A stretch of DNA of 64,000 nucleotides, taken from the NCBI GenBank assembly GCA_012295275.1, contig CM022672.1:28706001-28770000 (forward strand). The letters run 5' to 3'. The translations under genes and the position numbers were made by a program. Under the pieces are notes generated by a model. The model saw only the letters and a list, made by a program, of their open reading frames with translations, made no database searches and was not told where the DNA came from. The stretch is from Chrysomallon squamiferum (lineage: Eukaryota > Animalia > Mollusca). Positions within the stretch are counted from its first letter, which is position 1. Each line of letters opens with the position of its first letter. Shown here piece after piece: positions 63,070-64,000 of the stretch.

Positions 63070-64000
63070 TTTGCAAATAGTCAAATGAAAAAACATTTTC
63101 CATTAGTAGCAATGATGAAAAGTAACTGATACTGACTGCAGTTGTATTTCTGGTGGTTTGGGTGTTTGTTTAAATCTTTCTATTGGAATGTTTTTCTGTT
63201 TATGCAGACCCTGATATTTCTGTGCAGTAAGATCAGGTTAAAATAGAAATTATATTATTTATTCATTACTATCTAGAAGGTAATTTAAAAAACATAATTA
63301 AAAAAACATCCATGCATAATAAACACGCAAGAAGAACTTATGTTTTGAAATATTTGCAACAGAACTACTTTAAAAAAACAATAAAAAAACAAAAACAAAC
63401 ACACACACTTTTATTATTTATTTTTAATTAATTATTGTTACTGTTATTGTTATTATTTTTAATGTTTCAAAAGATCAATTTTGGGAGTATTTTAATTGTA
63501 TTTTTATGCATTTTTATAAAGACATCAAGCCTATTTGTTTCATAGTTACTGGAACTGGTATTAAAAACTGTATCGGTCACATTTAGCTATAGAACTGTAG
63601 ATCATAACCATCCAGCAACTGTTACATATTTTACACTGCTGTTGTTTTAACAACTTCTTAACATTTTATGGAATTTGTCCCTTTGTAAAGAGATGATATT
63701 TACATGTTTGATGCCAAATGTTAACACTGCAGTCTATTCTGTTTGACAGATATCATTATTTTTTTTTTTGTGTTAATTTTAAATGTGTTATGTAATGACA
63801 TAATGTAATTTATTAAAATAATCTTTAGGTGAAGTACAGAAATCAGTGAAAATTAAGATAAAGTTTCAGGAAAGGCTCATTAATAAAGTCTGATAAAGTA
63901 ATCTTAATAATGTTAGTTCAAAATGAACTGAATCATTGGGGGAGAAACCTCAAACTTAGAAATAATTTTAAATGGTTGATTTGATATAACCAACTTTCAC

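Noticed and set aside
1-64000. Prokaryotic features (operons, CRISPR arrays) and rRNA/tRNA genes
   Set aside because: The DNA is eukaryotic with spliceosomal introns; I saw no repeat-spacer array or structured RNA gene, though a covariance-model scan could not be run.

Overview
AT-rich, intron-containing animal genomic DNA (invertebrate; mollusc/lophotrochozoan is a guess from repeat content and protein style). The window holds two paralogous genes transcribed away from each other: gene A (minus strand, ATG at 29328) and gene B (plus strand, ATG at 44751). Each has three constant coding exons: a near-identical ~77-aa N-terminal domain plus a Ser/Thr/acidic linker, ending in the same phase-2 donor CA|GTAAGT. 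Each is followed by a long array of short cassettes. Every cassette starts at a strong splice acceptor in the matching phase, encodes one Tramtrack-like pair of C2H2/C2HC zinc fingers and ends in its own stop codon. I count 14 intact cassettes for A and 6 for B, plus several decayed ones, and both arrays probably run off the window. The best reading is a lola/fruitless/broad-like 'constant region + alternative terminal zinc-finger exon' system built on an N-terminal domain that is not a recognisable full BTB. Between and inside the genes lie Sola2-like DNA transposons (4-bp TSDs), a hAT (Charlie/Buster-like) deletion derivative, a Tc1 relic, a spliced coiled-coil gene or pseudogene, and microsatellites. 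All splice models were read by eye and have no transcript support.
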